Assembly: GCA_049512075.1 (NCBI GenBank) | Contig: JBEKXL010000002.1 | Location: forward strand, 128,001-192,000 | From: Candidatus Bathyarchaeia archaeon | GTDB taxonomy: Archaea > Thermoproteota > Bathyarchaeia > Bathyarchaeales > Bathycorpusculaceae | Reading direction: 5' to 3' | Length of the DNA: 64,000 nucleotides | Shown: piece by piece, positions 47,323-57,720 of the stretch | Numbering within the stretch: the stretch's first letter is position 1 | How the letters are laid out: each line of letters opens with the position of its first letter | Translations under genes and position numbers: made by a program | The notes under the pieces: model-generated | What the model saw: the letters and a program-made list of their open reading frames with translations, nothing else | Databases searched by the model: none | Told to the model about the DNA's origin: nothing

Positions 47323-47978
47323 ACATGGTTCTTGGAGGTCTGAATGAATACGTTGCATATATTGGTTCAGATGAAGCAGGTAAAGGTGAATGGCTCGGGC
47401 CTCTTATTGTGGCCGCTGTTGCTTTATCAAGGCAACAGCGTTCATATCTTGTCACTCAAGGAGTAATGGATAGTAAAGAACTCAGGCTAGATGTCATAGT
47501 TGAACTTGCCAAAGTGATACAGAGGTCTTGCCTTTCTTATCATGCTATGACAATCTCCCCTCTTTCATTCAATGATCTGATGAAACAGGTGAAAGGCGAA
47601 GGACGGAGTCTAAACGACATTTTGGCATGGGGGCACTCGCAAGCAATCGGCAATGTTTTTGAAGAACTCACCCGAAACGGAATATCAGGCAAGATCAAGC
47701 TTTCAATCGATATGTTTGACCAGATAAAAACAGAAGCTAGACTGAAGAAAATCATTGATTTAGAGAAATTTGATTTAGATCACCGACCGAAAGCAGAAAG
47801 CGAAACTTCTGTAGCAGCAGCAAGCATAGTTGCTCGCGCTGTAAGGGAACTTTGGATTGATGAAAAATCAAAAGAACTCCGTCTGGATTTGCGAAAGCTC
47901 TCAGTTAATGAAGCAATATCGCGATCTGATGCGGGCAACTTTGCAAAGGTAAGTTTCTTGAAGCGGAGAAAACTGTAA
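47319..47978 (+). CDS. rnhC: ribonuclease HIII-like catalytic domain
   Basis: IGSDEAGKGEWLGPL, GVMDSK, LNDILAWGH, IDMF and KAESETSVAAASIVAR; GTGA overlap with the upstream gene. Confidence 0.8.
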   Translation: MNMVLGGLNEYVAYIGSDEAGKGEWLGPLIVAAVALSRQQRSYLVTQGVMDSKELRLDVIVELAKVIQRSCLSYHAMTISPLSFNDLMKQVKGEGRSLNDILAWGHSQAIGNVFEELTRNGISGKIKLSIDMFDQIKTEARLKKIIDLEKFDLDHRPKAESETSVAAASIVARAVRELWIDEKSKELRLDLRKLSVNEAISRSDAGNFAKVSFLKRRKL

Positions 47979-48594
47979 GTTCTTTACTTGTCTTCTGGAT
48001 AATAAATGATCCATTCTTGTCGAACGTTTCTAAGCTTCTCTATTCTAAAATCTGTTACTGGCGCCTGTTACGTGCATAATGGTCGAAACCGAATTCTTCA
48101 ATAAAAAGAGCGTGCCATAATGTGGCATAGATCCATTATACTAATTGTTGTATGCGACAAGTTGAGGTTCTTAATGCCAGCAAGCGCTTTTATCGCTACA
48201 GGTTCGCATGAGCAGATCAACAGAAGCCTCATTGTACAAGTTGCTCAAGGAATCAACTAACTAACAAGTCTTGAAGCGCGCAGGCGACGCTCCCAGTATA
48301 ACAATCGCTCATGCGCTGCTAACCTTAATGAGAACTATCAATTTCTGTAATTGGCGGGGGTTTTAGCCTAACCTGCCCACGGGCTCTCCCCTGATCTTGT
48401 TTCTGAACCTGCCTGCGCTGCAAAAGAAGAACAAGATTTAACCGTGAAATGGCCAGATTACGATGCTAGAGCGCGCGCATGACGTGCTGGTACTCATCTG
48501 CACCTATCATTGAAGATTGTTCATGGCTGGCCTCAGAAGGAGAAATATGTTATAGGTCCTGACCAAGAGAAGGGCCTTGCTTTGTTGGGCAAGC

Positions 48595-49965
48595 TTAGGT
48601 GGGCGTGATTTTGTATTCTTTTCCTCGTTTGATGAGTTGAACCTTGTTGCTTATTTTCTTGAATAGGTGCGCGTTTTCTGTGTGCACGGGATAGATTTTC
48701 TTGGGTTCTATTTCGTTGATGAGGTTTCCTATCTGCTCCTTGTTCATGTGTCCGGAAGCGTGCAGCTGGTGAAACTGTATTCCAAAATGTTCAAGCCAGT
48801 TGTGCAGGACCTCGTCTTCAATGTCCTCTTCGCTGAAGGGTTCACTCATGCTGTGTATGAAGCAACTGCCTCGCTCCGGCCTTATGTCTATCAGCTCTGC
48901 AAACTGGTAGAAATCCAAGTCCATAATTAACTCGTTCTGGTTCTTGTGAACGAACTCGTACGTCACCATCTTGTCCATGAATTCTCTCTCCCACGCATAG
49001 TAGTCACTGTCGTCAAAAGTTCCAGACCTCTTGCGCTTAAAATACACGAGTATGTCTTCATCCTTCAAAGGATCTGGTAGATCAAGACGTTCGTCATCGA
49101 TGAGCCTGCTCAATAAACACGCTGTCTTAGGAGAAATAACCATTTTTCTTCCGTTCCTCTTGGCAACGTTGTAGAAGCTTCTGAACCTATCCATGTCTCG
49201 GCTGTAATGCGATATAAACACGATTTTGTGTGTTGAGGAAACAAGCTTATTGCTCAAATGCTCTACCTGCGCCTCTGAATAGTTCTTTCTTTTTTCCTTC
49301 AAAGTCATTCTCGTGCCCTCGCAGACAAGAGCCGTGGCCCCCGATTCTTTCGCCCTGTGCACGAAATCGTCAGTCAAATCCCTCCGTGGACCATGCATCC
49401 TCAAGTCGCCCGTGTAAGCAATGGTTCCTTCAGAAGTGTGTATCAAGAAGCCGTAAGCCGCTGGAATCGAATGGTCCACGTGCACCGGTTCCACTTCAAC
49501 GTCACCCACTCTGATCTTCTTTCCAGTGCGGAAAGTCCTGTAATCGTGGTTTCCATAATCGCAGAAGCTGCTCGTCTCTTCCATCGACTCAAGAAACAGC
49601 TTGGCCCCAACACCAAGGTACACTGGAATTAGAGGGTCTGTGAAGCAGATGTGAGTCACATGGTCAAAGTGAGCGTGCGACAGAAAAATAGCGTCGAACT
49701 CCGGCTCCGAGTACGGAACATCGGTGAAAGCCAGCTTCTCCTTGGCATAGAGCCCCCGAATCTTCGGCAGCAAACCAAACTCGAAATGGTCTCCCAAACC
49801 GTTTATCGCACGTGGCGAAAGCCAGCCCGTAAAGTATCCTGCGCCAAAACTGAAGGACTGGCCAAAATCAAACAACAATTTCGTTTTTCTATCGTGCACA
49901 AGAATCTTGTTGCCGCCGATCTCGTCGACCCCACCGTAAAAAGTAAGCCCGACCATCCGACTCAC
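48595..49965 (-). CDS. MBL-fold metallo-hydrolase (RNase J/beta-CASP-like)
   Basis: GGVDEIGGN, SHAHFDH, VDHS, YTGDLRMHG, HASGH and PVHTE. Confidence 0.9.
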   Translation of the reverse strand: MSRMVGLTFYGGVDEIGGNKILVHDRKTKLLFDFGQSFSFGAGYFTGWLSPRAINGLGDHFEFGLLPKIRGLYAKEKLAFTDVPYSEPEFDAIFLSHAHFDHVTHICFTDPLIPVYLGVGAKLFLESMEETSSFCDYGNHDYRTFRTGKKIRVGDVEVEPVHVDHSIPAAYGFLIHTSEGTIAYTGDLRMHGPRRDLTDDFVHRAKESGATALVCEGTRMTLKEKRKNYSEAQVEHLSNKLVSSTHKIVFISHYSRDMDRFRSFYNVAKRNGRKMVISPKTACLLSRLIDDERLDLPDPLKDEDILVYFKRKRSGTFDDSDYYAWEREFMDKMVTYEFVHKNQNELIMDLDFYQFAELIDIRPERGSCFIHSMSEPFSEEDIEDEVLHNWLEHFGIQFHQLHASGHMNKEQIGNLINEIEPKKIYPVHTENAHLFKKISNKVQLIKRGKEYKITPT

Positions 49966-50084
49966 ACAAAAACAAAATGCAGACGCCCCTTTTCTAGTTT
50001 AGCTTGCTCGCGCTCACTCAGTTCAGTCAATGCGATCTGTTGCGCGCGCGGAAGCACTAACTACAGTCCCTGACTCATACATTG

Positions 50085-50200
50085 AAAATTACATTTGACA
50101 TTACAAATAAACAGGCCGAGTCCACTCTGAACAGCAGTCCAGCCTGATTTTCAACATGGTTTGTAACAATACACATTACATCTGACCTTACAAGTGAAAA
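50085..50200 (-). repeat. dispersed non-coding repeat, inverted copy of ~29445-29557
   Basis: colinear over ~110 bp (GTCAGA.GTAATGTG.ATTGT.ACAAACCATG...GTTTATTTGTAA.GTCA). Confidence 0.75.
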
Positions 50201-50289
50201 AAGGAAGCGACTTTGAAAGGATATGATGTAAAGGTGTTTCAGCATGCCTGGATTAACAGCACGCACCAATGGTAGATGCTAAATCAGTG

Positions 50290-51210
50290 TCATGCCAATT
50301 GGTTCTTTATCAAATCCTTGAGTGTTGGAAGTCCTAATCTGGCTCCAATTATTGTTGTACATCTGGATGCCGCAAAATTCCCTATCCTTCCACACTCCTC
50401 AAGACTCTTATGTTTAATCAAGCCGTAAAGAAACCCTGCACAAAAAGCGTCCCCGGCACCGGTCGTGTCAACCACACTCACCTTGAACGCTTCCACCTGG
50501 CTGCTTTGGTTCCCATCAGTCACATAGCACCCTCTGCTGCCCAACTTGACCGCAACAACCTTCACACCCCTCTCGAGCATGGCTTCAGCGCCCTTTCTAT
50601 ACTCGGCTATGCCTGTCAGCAATTCAAGTTCACCCGCGTTCGGCATGAAAACGAAAGTCCTCTCAACAATCGATCCCAGTGCAGCAAGTCCTTTCCTCGC
50701 GTACAATGCACCAGGATCAAAACTTACCCTGACGTCTTCAGGAATCGCTTCAAGAATCTTCTTTTGTGTCTGAAAAGATTCTTCTCCCACAAAAGAGGTT
50801 AAGTGAAGAAACATGGTTTGAGACGCATATCCTTTGATTTTTTCATTGAAGTCTACTTGACTGTTTACGCCCGGGTCAATGTACAGCGCACGCTCGCCGT
50901 TTTCGTCCACGAAGCCCATGACTGTGCCGCTTCTGCCCTTCTTTGCGACCGCTACGCCTTTTGCGTCAACGCCTTCTCTCTGGAATTCTTCGAGCAGCAT
51001 CTTTCCCTCCCTGTCAATGGCAACTTTTCCGATGAAACCTACTTTGCAGCCGAGCCTTGCCAAGCCTGCAGCAGTGTTTGCCGCTGATCCACCGCAGGTC
51101 TCAGCAGAATCGGTTATGAAGCTCTCCTCTTCCTTCGCGGCTATCTTGTTTACCTTGAAAAGTTTGTCCACGTTAAGCGCGCCGAATCCCACAACGTCAA
51201 ATCTGCTCAT
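50290..51210 (-). CDS. PfkB-family carbohydrate/nucleoside kinase
   Basis: GGSAANTA and DTTGAGDAF signatures. Confidence 0.93.
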   Translation of the reverse strand: MSRFDVVGFGALNVDKLFKVNKIAAKEEESFITDSAETCGGSAANTAAGLARLGCKVGFIGKVAIDREGKMLLEEFQREGVDAKGVAVAKKGRSGTVMGFVDENGERALYIDPGVNSQVDFNEKIKGYASQTMFLHLTSFVGEESFQTQKKILEAIPEDVRVSFDPGALYARKGLAALGSIVERTFVFMPNAGELELLTGIAEYRKGAEAMLERGVKVVAVKLGSRGCYVTDGNQSSQVEAFKVSVVDTTGAGDAFCAGFLYGLIKHKSLEECGRIGNFAASRCTTIIGARLGLPTLKDLIKNQLA

Positions 51211-52121
51211 TTGAACAGCTCACGCAAGTAAATCTTGTACTCGCCCAATTTTCCTCCGTAGTTTCCAGCCGAGACCCTCACAACGCCGTCAACAGCCAGA
51301 CTGGCTTCAATCCCAGCTTTCATCGCCTCTTTCACTGCCTGCATCAAAACGCCGTTAATCACTATTTCAGGAATGTACTTGACCACCTCAGGCACCATCG
51401 AATCTCTCCCCAACTTCTCCCTCAGCGACGGACAATAAGGATGATTCGTTGTCGGCCCAATCAACGGAAACTTCGTCTCGGTCTTTGAACCGGCTGAACA
51501 AACGTTAAACGGTGTTATCACTCCTTCAACCCTGCCAATGGCTTCTAACGCAGCCTTCCCCGCTTCCATGACCGCCTCCTTCGTTCCACACATTATCCAG
51601 AAGTTACCGCCGGAAACTCCCCGTGCATACCCGATATGCCGCTCTATAAGAAAGTCAGGCACCATAAGCGGAACAACAATCATGCGACGGCCGTAAAGCC
51701 GTTCCTCCCATTCATGGCCATCGCCGCAGTGCCCCACTCTTTCCATCATGTCCATTTTCCCTTCAGGCTTTACACGCATAGCCTCAAAAACTGCAGTGAA
51801 GGGCTTCACAAGAATGTCCTGCCGAATCCGGTAAGAAAGCTCCCTCTCAAACCGGTCAACCACGCTCTCCAAAGGCTTCCCCTTCTCCAGACCTTTCCAA
51901 AGCTGCAGAACAGCTCCTTTCCGCTTGTCCGGAGTTTCCTTACCGCTCAACCATCTTTCAATTCCACCCTCGAGCCTACCTATTACTCCCGAAGGCGTAG
52001 CAGTAGCGTCTTCCGCCGCCTTCCTCAATGTTTCCTCATCATCCGCAGTGACAATGACTCGCACGTACAGCCCGTCAAACGCCTCAGCAAATGTGTCCTC
52101 AACCAAATCCTTCTTACCCAT
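51207..52121 (-). CDS. ftr: formylmethanofuran:tetrahydromethanopterin formyltransferase-like protein
   Basis: [41 protein letters not shown] and [10 protein letters not shown]. Confidence 0.88.
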   Translation of the reverse strand: MGKKDLVEDTFAEAFDGLYVRVIVTADDEETLRKAAEDATATPSGVIGRLEGGIERWLSGKETPDKRKGAVLQLWKGLEKGKPLESVVDRFERELSYRIRQDILVKPFTAVFEAMRVKPEGKMDMMERVGHCGDGHEWEERLYGRRMIVVPLMVPDFLIERHIGYARGVSGGNFWIMCGTKEAVMEAGKAALEAIGRVEGVITPFNVCSAGSKTETKFPLIGPTTNHPYCPSLREKLGRDSMVPEVVKYIPEIVINGVLMQAVKEAMKAGIEASLAVDGVVRVSAGNYGGKLGEYKIYLRELFK

Positions 52122-52122
52122 C

Positions 52123-53205
52123 CTAGCCCAACCTGCCTGCGGCCTCTCCCCTGACTTTGTTTCTAAACTTGCTGCTTTCTTCTGCTAGGGTTTCCATATT
52201 CTGGTCCGTAATTATTTTAGCTTTAGGCAACCTGTCCGGATACAACTTGAAAAGCCGATTAAGCAAAGCTTGACTAGCCAAACTCTTTTCCAGAGCTTTT
52301 CTGTTCCAGCTTTTCACCAGGTTTAGGGCTTCTGATTTTCCAAGCCTGAGAAATGCGTCTGCAATGACAGCGGTTACTATGCTGTTTTCAGACAGAACTG
52401 CAACCTCTGCGTTTCTTACAGCGTATCGGTTGCCGTTGAAAGACACGGTTAAGCCGCCCTTCCTCTCTACAAGCTTGAAGGCCTCGTCATCCGTTATGCT
52501 GTCACCCACGTACATGACATCTGCCACCGCAACGCCTAGCCCGTGAACTATGTCCTTTATCGCCTCAGCCTTTTCGCCGCCGCCCACCGGGTGGACTTCA
52601 CAGTAAATTCTGCCGATCTCCATCTCAGCGATTTTCTTCCAGAAAATCTCATCGAGCCATCTCACTGTTTTCTGATGTTCTCTCGGCAGATCGTCCAGTG
52701 ACTCGGCATCCGATGGGATCTCAAACATTGGCATCCTCGCGATTTCCTTTGCAATCTGCTTCAATTTCTCTTTCTCTTCTTCTCGAATGCCGTAATTGTC
52801 CATGCAGACTCTCGTACAGTACGCATTCTCGAAAGGAAACTCCAATACCTCGCACAAGGCTCTCAAATAGTGCTCGTAACTCACACTGACAATAAACGCA
52901 GGAGCCAGGTCTCGAACGTGTTGGAGCGTGTCCTTTATGCCCGGAATGCACACCAGGTTTTCAGCCGAGAATTCTCGCATTTTCCCGTCTGTAACGCCGT
53001 AAGCCTTGAGAAAGGGCAGAATAAGCTTGAGCGTGTCGCCAGCTTCATAGCCCGGTTTTCTCATAACCTCTGCGAGCACATCATCATACCTGCTCACAAT
53101 CGTGAACAGTCTATCCCCATCAGGAACGAAGCGTGACGTTAACTCGAAGGCGTTGTCATTCTTTGAAATCGGGCCCTCACAGTCTGAAACGAAGACTCTC
53201 TTCAC
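52123..53205 (-). CDS. HAD-superfamily hydrolase (EhaR-like)
   Basis: [20 protein letters not shown] and SFNGNRYA. Confidence 0.8.
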   Translation of the reverse strand: MKRVFVSDCEGPISKNDNAFELTSRFVPDGDRLFTIVSRYDDVLAEVMRKPGYEAGDTLKLILPFLKAYGVTDGKMREFSAENLVCIPGIKDTLQHVRDLAPAFIVSVSYEHYLRALCEVLEFPFENAYCTRVCMDNYGIREEEKEKLKQIAKEIARMPMFEIPSDAESLDDLPREHQKTVRWLDEIFWKKIAEMEIGRIYCEVHPVGGGEKAEAIKDIVHGLGVAVADVMYVGDSITDDEAFKLVERKGGLTVSFNGNRYAVRNAEVAVLSENSIVTAVIADAFLRLGKSEALNLVKSWNRKALEKSLASQALLNRLFKLYPDRLPKAKIITDQNMETLAEESSKFRNKVRGEAAGRLG

Positions 53206-54617
53206 CGTTTGCGCCTCAACTCCTCCATATGCTTCACGCTTTTTTCAATGTACCTCTTAGAAGCGATGTCGGTTCTGCTCCACAGTGCTCCGCCCTTGAC
53301 AGCGTCTATGCCTTCGAGAGAAACCTTTCTCGCCGTCTCCAAATCGTCACCGACGCCCACAACGCACACGGCTCGCGACTTCAGAGCATAGGTTTCGCCG
53401 TCCCGCTGCTCCATCGCCCCTGGATAAACACGAACATTGTCACCGTACTTCCCGCTCAGCTCGTATGCTCCTGACAAGTCAACAGGCTTGCCGACTTCGC
53501 CTTTTTTCACAAGATTGGGGAAAGCTTCTGCGTATCCGCCGTAGCTGGGCGGAACCTTATAGGTCACAACAGTCGCGGACTTTTCCAACTCAATACGGGT
53601 CAAATTCCCCTCCAAAATCTTAAAACACACATCAACAAAATCGTCCTTCAAGACTGGCAAAACGTTTATTATTTCTGGATCTCCAGGCCGGCTGTTGTTT
53701 TCAAGAATCTTCAACCCCTTACCAGTGTGCATGAAAGCCACGTACAACGGCACACCCCTCAAGGCTGAAGCATCCTTTGCCATCGACTTCAACCTTCCAA
53801 AAATCTTCTCCACGACCTCCAGCTCTCTCTGCCGATCCGCCTTGGACAGGAAGGGCAACACGTCGCCCTTGTCCTTGTAGGATCCCATTCCACCCGTGTT
53901 CGGCCCCAAATCATCGTCGAACGCGCGTTTGTGGTCTCTCGTGTCGGGAAGGGGCACGAGCCGTTTGCCGTCGCAGAAAGCCTGAAAACTCGATTCTTCC
54001 CCCTCAACCTTTTCTTCAATGATAACGGTGCCATGCTGATAGTTGGAGAGGAAGTGATCAAACAGTTCTTCCCGCGTGGTGAAGTGATCTCCCCAGACAC
54101 CCACTCCTTTTCCAGCTGTAGGCTTGTCGGGCTTCACGACCGCTTGGTTTTGCAGTTCGTCAACCCAACTTTCGACAGCCCTCTTCACTTCCGTCGTGCC
54201 CTTGTAATCCTTCGGATCAAAAACCTTGAAGCGCGGATTAACTTCCGGCACGATTTCCTGAAACAAAAGCCTCTGCTGCACCTTGCTTTCCTCTATGGCG
54301 TACTCCTTCGTCGGACAGATCAGGGGTATGCCCATCTGCTTTTCCACAAGGTCGCGCACGCCCTCGATGATAGGTTTCTCCGGGCCGATTATGCCGAAGT
54401 CGATGTTGTCCTTATTGGCTTGAGCGAATTTGCAGATTTCGCAGATGTTCAAGTCTGGTATGACAACGTGCTTGGCAGCTCTCTGAACGTTGAACGGGTT
54501 CCGCTGCTTGTCAGCAATGTAAAGCTCCACCTTGTAATTCCGGCTTCTGGCAAAAGCGTCAACCATCGCCGCTTCTCTTGAACCGTAGGAAACAACGAGC
54601 ACGCCCACGTTCTCCAT
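53202..54617 (-). CDS. purD: phosphoribosylamine--glycine ligase
   Basis: GPEKP, KPDKPTAGKGV, DHKRAFDDDLGPNTGGMGSY and ENNSRPGDPE. Confidence 0.93.
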   Translation of the reverse strand: MENVGVLVVSYGSREAAMVDAFARSRNYKVELYIADKQRNPFNVQRAAKHVVIPDLNICEICKFAQANKDNIDFGIIGPEKPIIEGVRDLVEKQMGIPLICPTKEYAIEESKVQQRLLFQEIVPEVNPRFKVFDPKDYKGTTEVKRAVESWVDELQNQAVVKPDKPTAGKGVGVWGDHFTTREELFDHFLSNYQHGTVIIEEKVEGEESSFQAFCDGKRLVPLPDTRDHKRAFDDDLGPNTGGMGSYKDKGDVLPFLSKADRQRELEVVEKIFGRLKSMAKDASALRGVPLYVAFMHTGKGLKILENNSRPGDPEIINVLPVLKDDFVDVCFKILEGNLTRIELEKSATVVTYKVPPSYGGYAEAFPNLVKKGEVGKPVDLSGAYELSGKYGDNVRVYPGAMEQRDGETYALKSRAVCVVGVGDDLETARKVSLEGIDAVKGGALWSRTDIASKRYIEKSVKHMEELRRKR

Positions 54618-54672
54618 AAGCTAACCCTCTTAGGTCACGGAATGACTTTGAAACGCCTGATTTGGTTTGCCG

Positions 54673-56178
54673 CTATGTCGTTTGGGCGGCTTCTTCTATC
54701 TCGTACAGCCTTCCCGTTTCCTCGTAGCCTTCCAAGAACCGTTTCTTCATCACATCAGCTATCTTCTGAGCCAGTGGCGTAGGATACTTGCCCGTTAAAC
54801 ACGCCATGCACAGCTCATCCTGCTTGAAACCCGTCGCCTTCACAAGCCCTTCCAGAGACTGGTAGCAAACTGCGTCCGCATCGATTATCTTTGCAATCTC
54901 CTCCGTACTGTGCCGTGAACCTATCAGCTGGCCGTATGTTGCCATGTCGATTCCATAAAGACACGGCCCGACTATGCGTGGAAAAGTCACGAATACGTAC
55001 ACTTTCTTGGCGCCCATTCTCCGCATCTTCTCCACAATGACTCTTGTCGTGTCGCTCCTGACGATGCTGTCCTCCGTGACTATGATCCTTTTTCCTTTAA
55101 CCTTCGACGCCAAAATGTTGATTTTCCTGTCTATCGTCGAAGTGCGATCCTTGCTCAGCAACAGAAAAGCCCTTTCAGTCACATACCGGTGCCTCCGCGA
55201 AGCCCTCTCCCACCTTATCCCAGAAGCCTCGTGAACGCCCAAAGCCGAGTCATCACCCGTCTCAGGCACAGAAAGAATCATATCCGCATCCTTGACCACG
55301 CTGGGATTCTCTTTAACAAGGTTCCTGCCAAATTCCTCCCGAACCTCATAAACATACTTATCATCGAACCGCGAATCCGGCCTCGCAAAATACGCAAATT
55401 CAAAAGCGCAAAACGCTTTTCGATAATCTTTCACAAGCCTTTGCCTTTCAAAACCATCCTTCGAAACCGTCACAAGCTCTCCAGGTTCCAGTTCAAAGTC
55501 CCTTTCAAAACCGTTTATGTCCAAACTCGCGGTTTCTGAAGAAAACACATAGGTATTCCCGTCTGGACTGTGACCGGCGCACAGCGGCCTTATGCCGTGC
55601 GGATCTTTGAAAGCGAAGAAATCGCCTTTCTCTGTTATGCCAGCCACGGAAAAGGCTCCCTCAATCTCCTGCATGCACGCCCTGACCGCAGACGCCAAAT
55701 CCTTGCGTTTCACAAGCTCGATCAAAAGCTTGTAACAGATCAAATCCGAATCGCATTCGTAGGAAAAACCCCTGAACTCCTTCTCTATTTCCTTCCTAAG
55801 CTGAAACGTGTTCACAACATTACCGTTGAACGAAATAGCTACTTTTGAACCGTTTTTCGAAGCCGTAACCGGCTGCGTGCCCTTAATCAACGACGTCTCA
55901 TCACATTTTCCAGAAGTCGTGTACCTCACGTTTCCAATACCGATGCTCCCGGGCAACCGCCCGAACCATTCCTGAATCGCGCTCGTCTTGATCTTCGGCA
56001 CAAGATCCAAGCTTCTGTGAACATGAAACTTCCCATCCTGATACGTGAGAAATCCGTGCGACTGGTGACCTCTGTGGTTCTGTGCCCTCAGACCCCAGTA
56101 AATGTGCGAGAACACTGGTCGGTTCTCTAGATTCTTTGCCGCGAACACTCCACACGCTATCTTAAGCTCGTCTTGCAT
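54673..56178 (-). CDS. purF: amidophosphoribosyltransferase
   Basis: CGVF after the propeptide, QNHRGHQ, VRYTTSG, CAFEFAYFARPDS, EDSIVRSDT and CMACLTGKYP. Confidence 0.95.
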   Translation of the reverse strand: MQDELKIACGVFAAKNLENRPVFSHIYWGLRAQNHRGHQSHGFLTYQDGKFHVHRSLDLVPKIKTSAIQEWFGRLPGSIGIGNVRYTTSGKCDETSLIKGTQPVTASKNGSKVAISFNGNVVNTFQLRKEIEKEFRGFSYECDSDLICYKLLIELVKRKDLASAVRACMQEIEGAFSVAGITEKGDFFAFKDPHGIRPLCAGHSPDGNTYVFSSETASLDINGFERDFELEPGELVTVSKDGFERQRLVKDYRKAFCAFEFAYFARPDSRFDDKYVYEVREEFGRNLVKENPSVVKDADMILSVPETGDDSALGVHEASGIRWERASRRHRYVTERAFLLLSKDRTSTIDRKINILASKVKGKRIIVTEDSIVRSDTTRVIVEKMRRMGAKKVYVFVTFPRIVGPCLYGIDMATYGQLIGSRHSTEEIAKIIDADAVCYQSLEGLVKATGFKQDELCMACLTGKYPTPLAQKIADVMKKRFLEGYEETGRLYEIEEAAQTT

Positions 56179-56383
56179 GCTGCGCAGTAAACAGAAGGGG
56201 GATTAATCAGTTTTTAGGACATTTTTAGCTAAAAACCATGTTGATCTTTACAAGAACAGTGCTATACGTATCGCTGAAGGTCAACGTGCTGTCCGCGTTC
56301 ATAAACTCGGTGTCAGATGCCCGCTTGAAAAGATGGTTTTCACGCGTTCATTGCTCTCGGTCTGCCTGACCGCAAAGCTGTTC

Positions 56384-57712
56384 TTATGGTGTGAGTCTGA
56401 ACTTGTCTCTTGGGTAAAGTGTAGCTTCTCTTATGTTCTTCTTGCCTGTCAACACCATAGTTAATCTTTCCAGACCTATGGCCCAACCTGCGTGCGGCGG
56501 CATTCCATAGTCAAACGCTTGCAGATGATGCTTGAACGATTCGGGATTCAAGCCTTTCTCTCTCAGCCGTTTTGTCAGAAGTTCTTTGGAGGCTATTCTT
56601 GTTCCGCCTGAAACCAGTTCTATCCACCTCCACATCAGGTCGAAGCCTTCAGATATTTCGGGCTTGTCGTCGCGTGGTTTTATGTAGAAGGCTTTCGCTT
56701 CTGTTGGCCAGTCAACTATGAAGTAAAAGTTTGGGTGGAGTTTGCCTACGGTCCTGAAAGCGGGTGTAGGTATGTCTTCGCCCCATTTGATGTCTATTCC
56801 TTCGCGTTTCAGTTCTTCCAGAATCTCTGAGTAGGTGATCCGCCTAAAGGGAACTTCGGGCACCTTCAAGTTGTACTTGAGCGTCGCCAACTCCTTTTGG
56901 CATTTTTCAACGACACTCCTGCAAGTGTGCTGCATCAGCTGCTCAAGTATCTTCATCACGTCTTCAGCATCCGCAAAAGCCTCCTCAATGTCTATCGACA
57001 CAAATTCGCTCAAGTGGCGGCGTGTGTGTGACATTTCAGCCCTGAAAAACGGGCCGATCTCAAACACTTTTTCAAGGCTCATCACAAGCTCTTCTTTGTA
57101 CAATTGTGGGCTTTGGGCGAGGAATGCTTTTCTGCCGAAGAAGTCTACGGAAAAAAGTGCTGCACCGCCCTCGGTGGCAGAGGCGATTATGCGAGGCGTG
57201 TGCACTTCTAGAAAGCCTCTTTCGAAGAGAAAGCTTCGAATAGCTTCCGTTGCTACATGTTGAATCTTGAAGATTGCGATGTTTTTTTCTTGGCAAAGGT
57301 CCAGCGCCCGCGCGTCCAAACAGACTTCCAAGTTTGCAGGGGTTCTTCCGCATACGTCTATCGGCAACTGTTCAGCAGAGTTGAAAATTCTAATTTCGTT
57401 CGGTAGCACTTCGACGCCTCTCGGGGTCATCTCGGTCTTTTTCACCGTTCCCTTTACGCCTATGCTGAACCGCTTCTGCAAAGCGTTCGCCTTCGACAAG
57501 ACTTCGGAGCTTGCTTTTTTACGCAAGACCGTGATTTGAATCGTGCCCTCTCTGTCTTGCAATATTATGAATCGGATTGCCCCCAGGTCTCTGATTTCTT
57601 GAACCCATCCGAAAAGTGTGACCTCTTCGCCGTCCATGCCAGGTTTAACGTCGACAGAATAGTGTGTTCTACGCCAGTCATCGATTGAGTCCATTTCCAT
57701 CGGAGTCGTCAC
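56384..57712 (-). CDS. aspS: aspartate--tRNA(Asp/Asn) ligase, archaeal type
   Basis: GWVQEIRDLG OB fold, LAQSPQLYK, FRAE...RHLSEF and YGMPPHAGWAIGLER. Confidence 0.95.
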   Translation of the reverse strand: MTTPMEMDSIDDWRRTHYSVDVKPGMDGEEVTLFGWVQEIRDLGAIRFIILQDREGTIQITVLRKKASSEVLSKANALQKRFSIGVKGTVKKTEMTPRGVEVLPNEIRIFNSAEQLPIDVCGRTPANLEVCLDARALDLCQEKNIAIFKIQHVATEAIRSFLFERGFLEVHTPRIIASATEGGAALFSVDFFGRKAFLAQSPQLYKEELVMSLEKVFEIGPFFRAEMSHTRRHLSEFVSIDIEEAFADAEDVMKILEQLMQHTCRSVVEKCQKELATLKYNLKVPEVPFRRITYSEILEELKREGIDIKWGEDIPTPAFRTVGKLHPNFYFIVDWPTEAKAFYIKPRDDKPEISEGFDLMWRWIELVSGGTRIASKELLTKRLREKGLNPESFKHHLQAFDYGMPPHAGWAIGLERLTMVLTGKKNIREATLYPRDKFRLTP

Positions 57713-57720
57713 CGTCTAGC

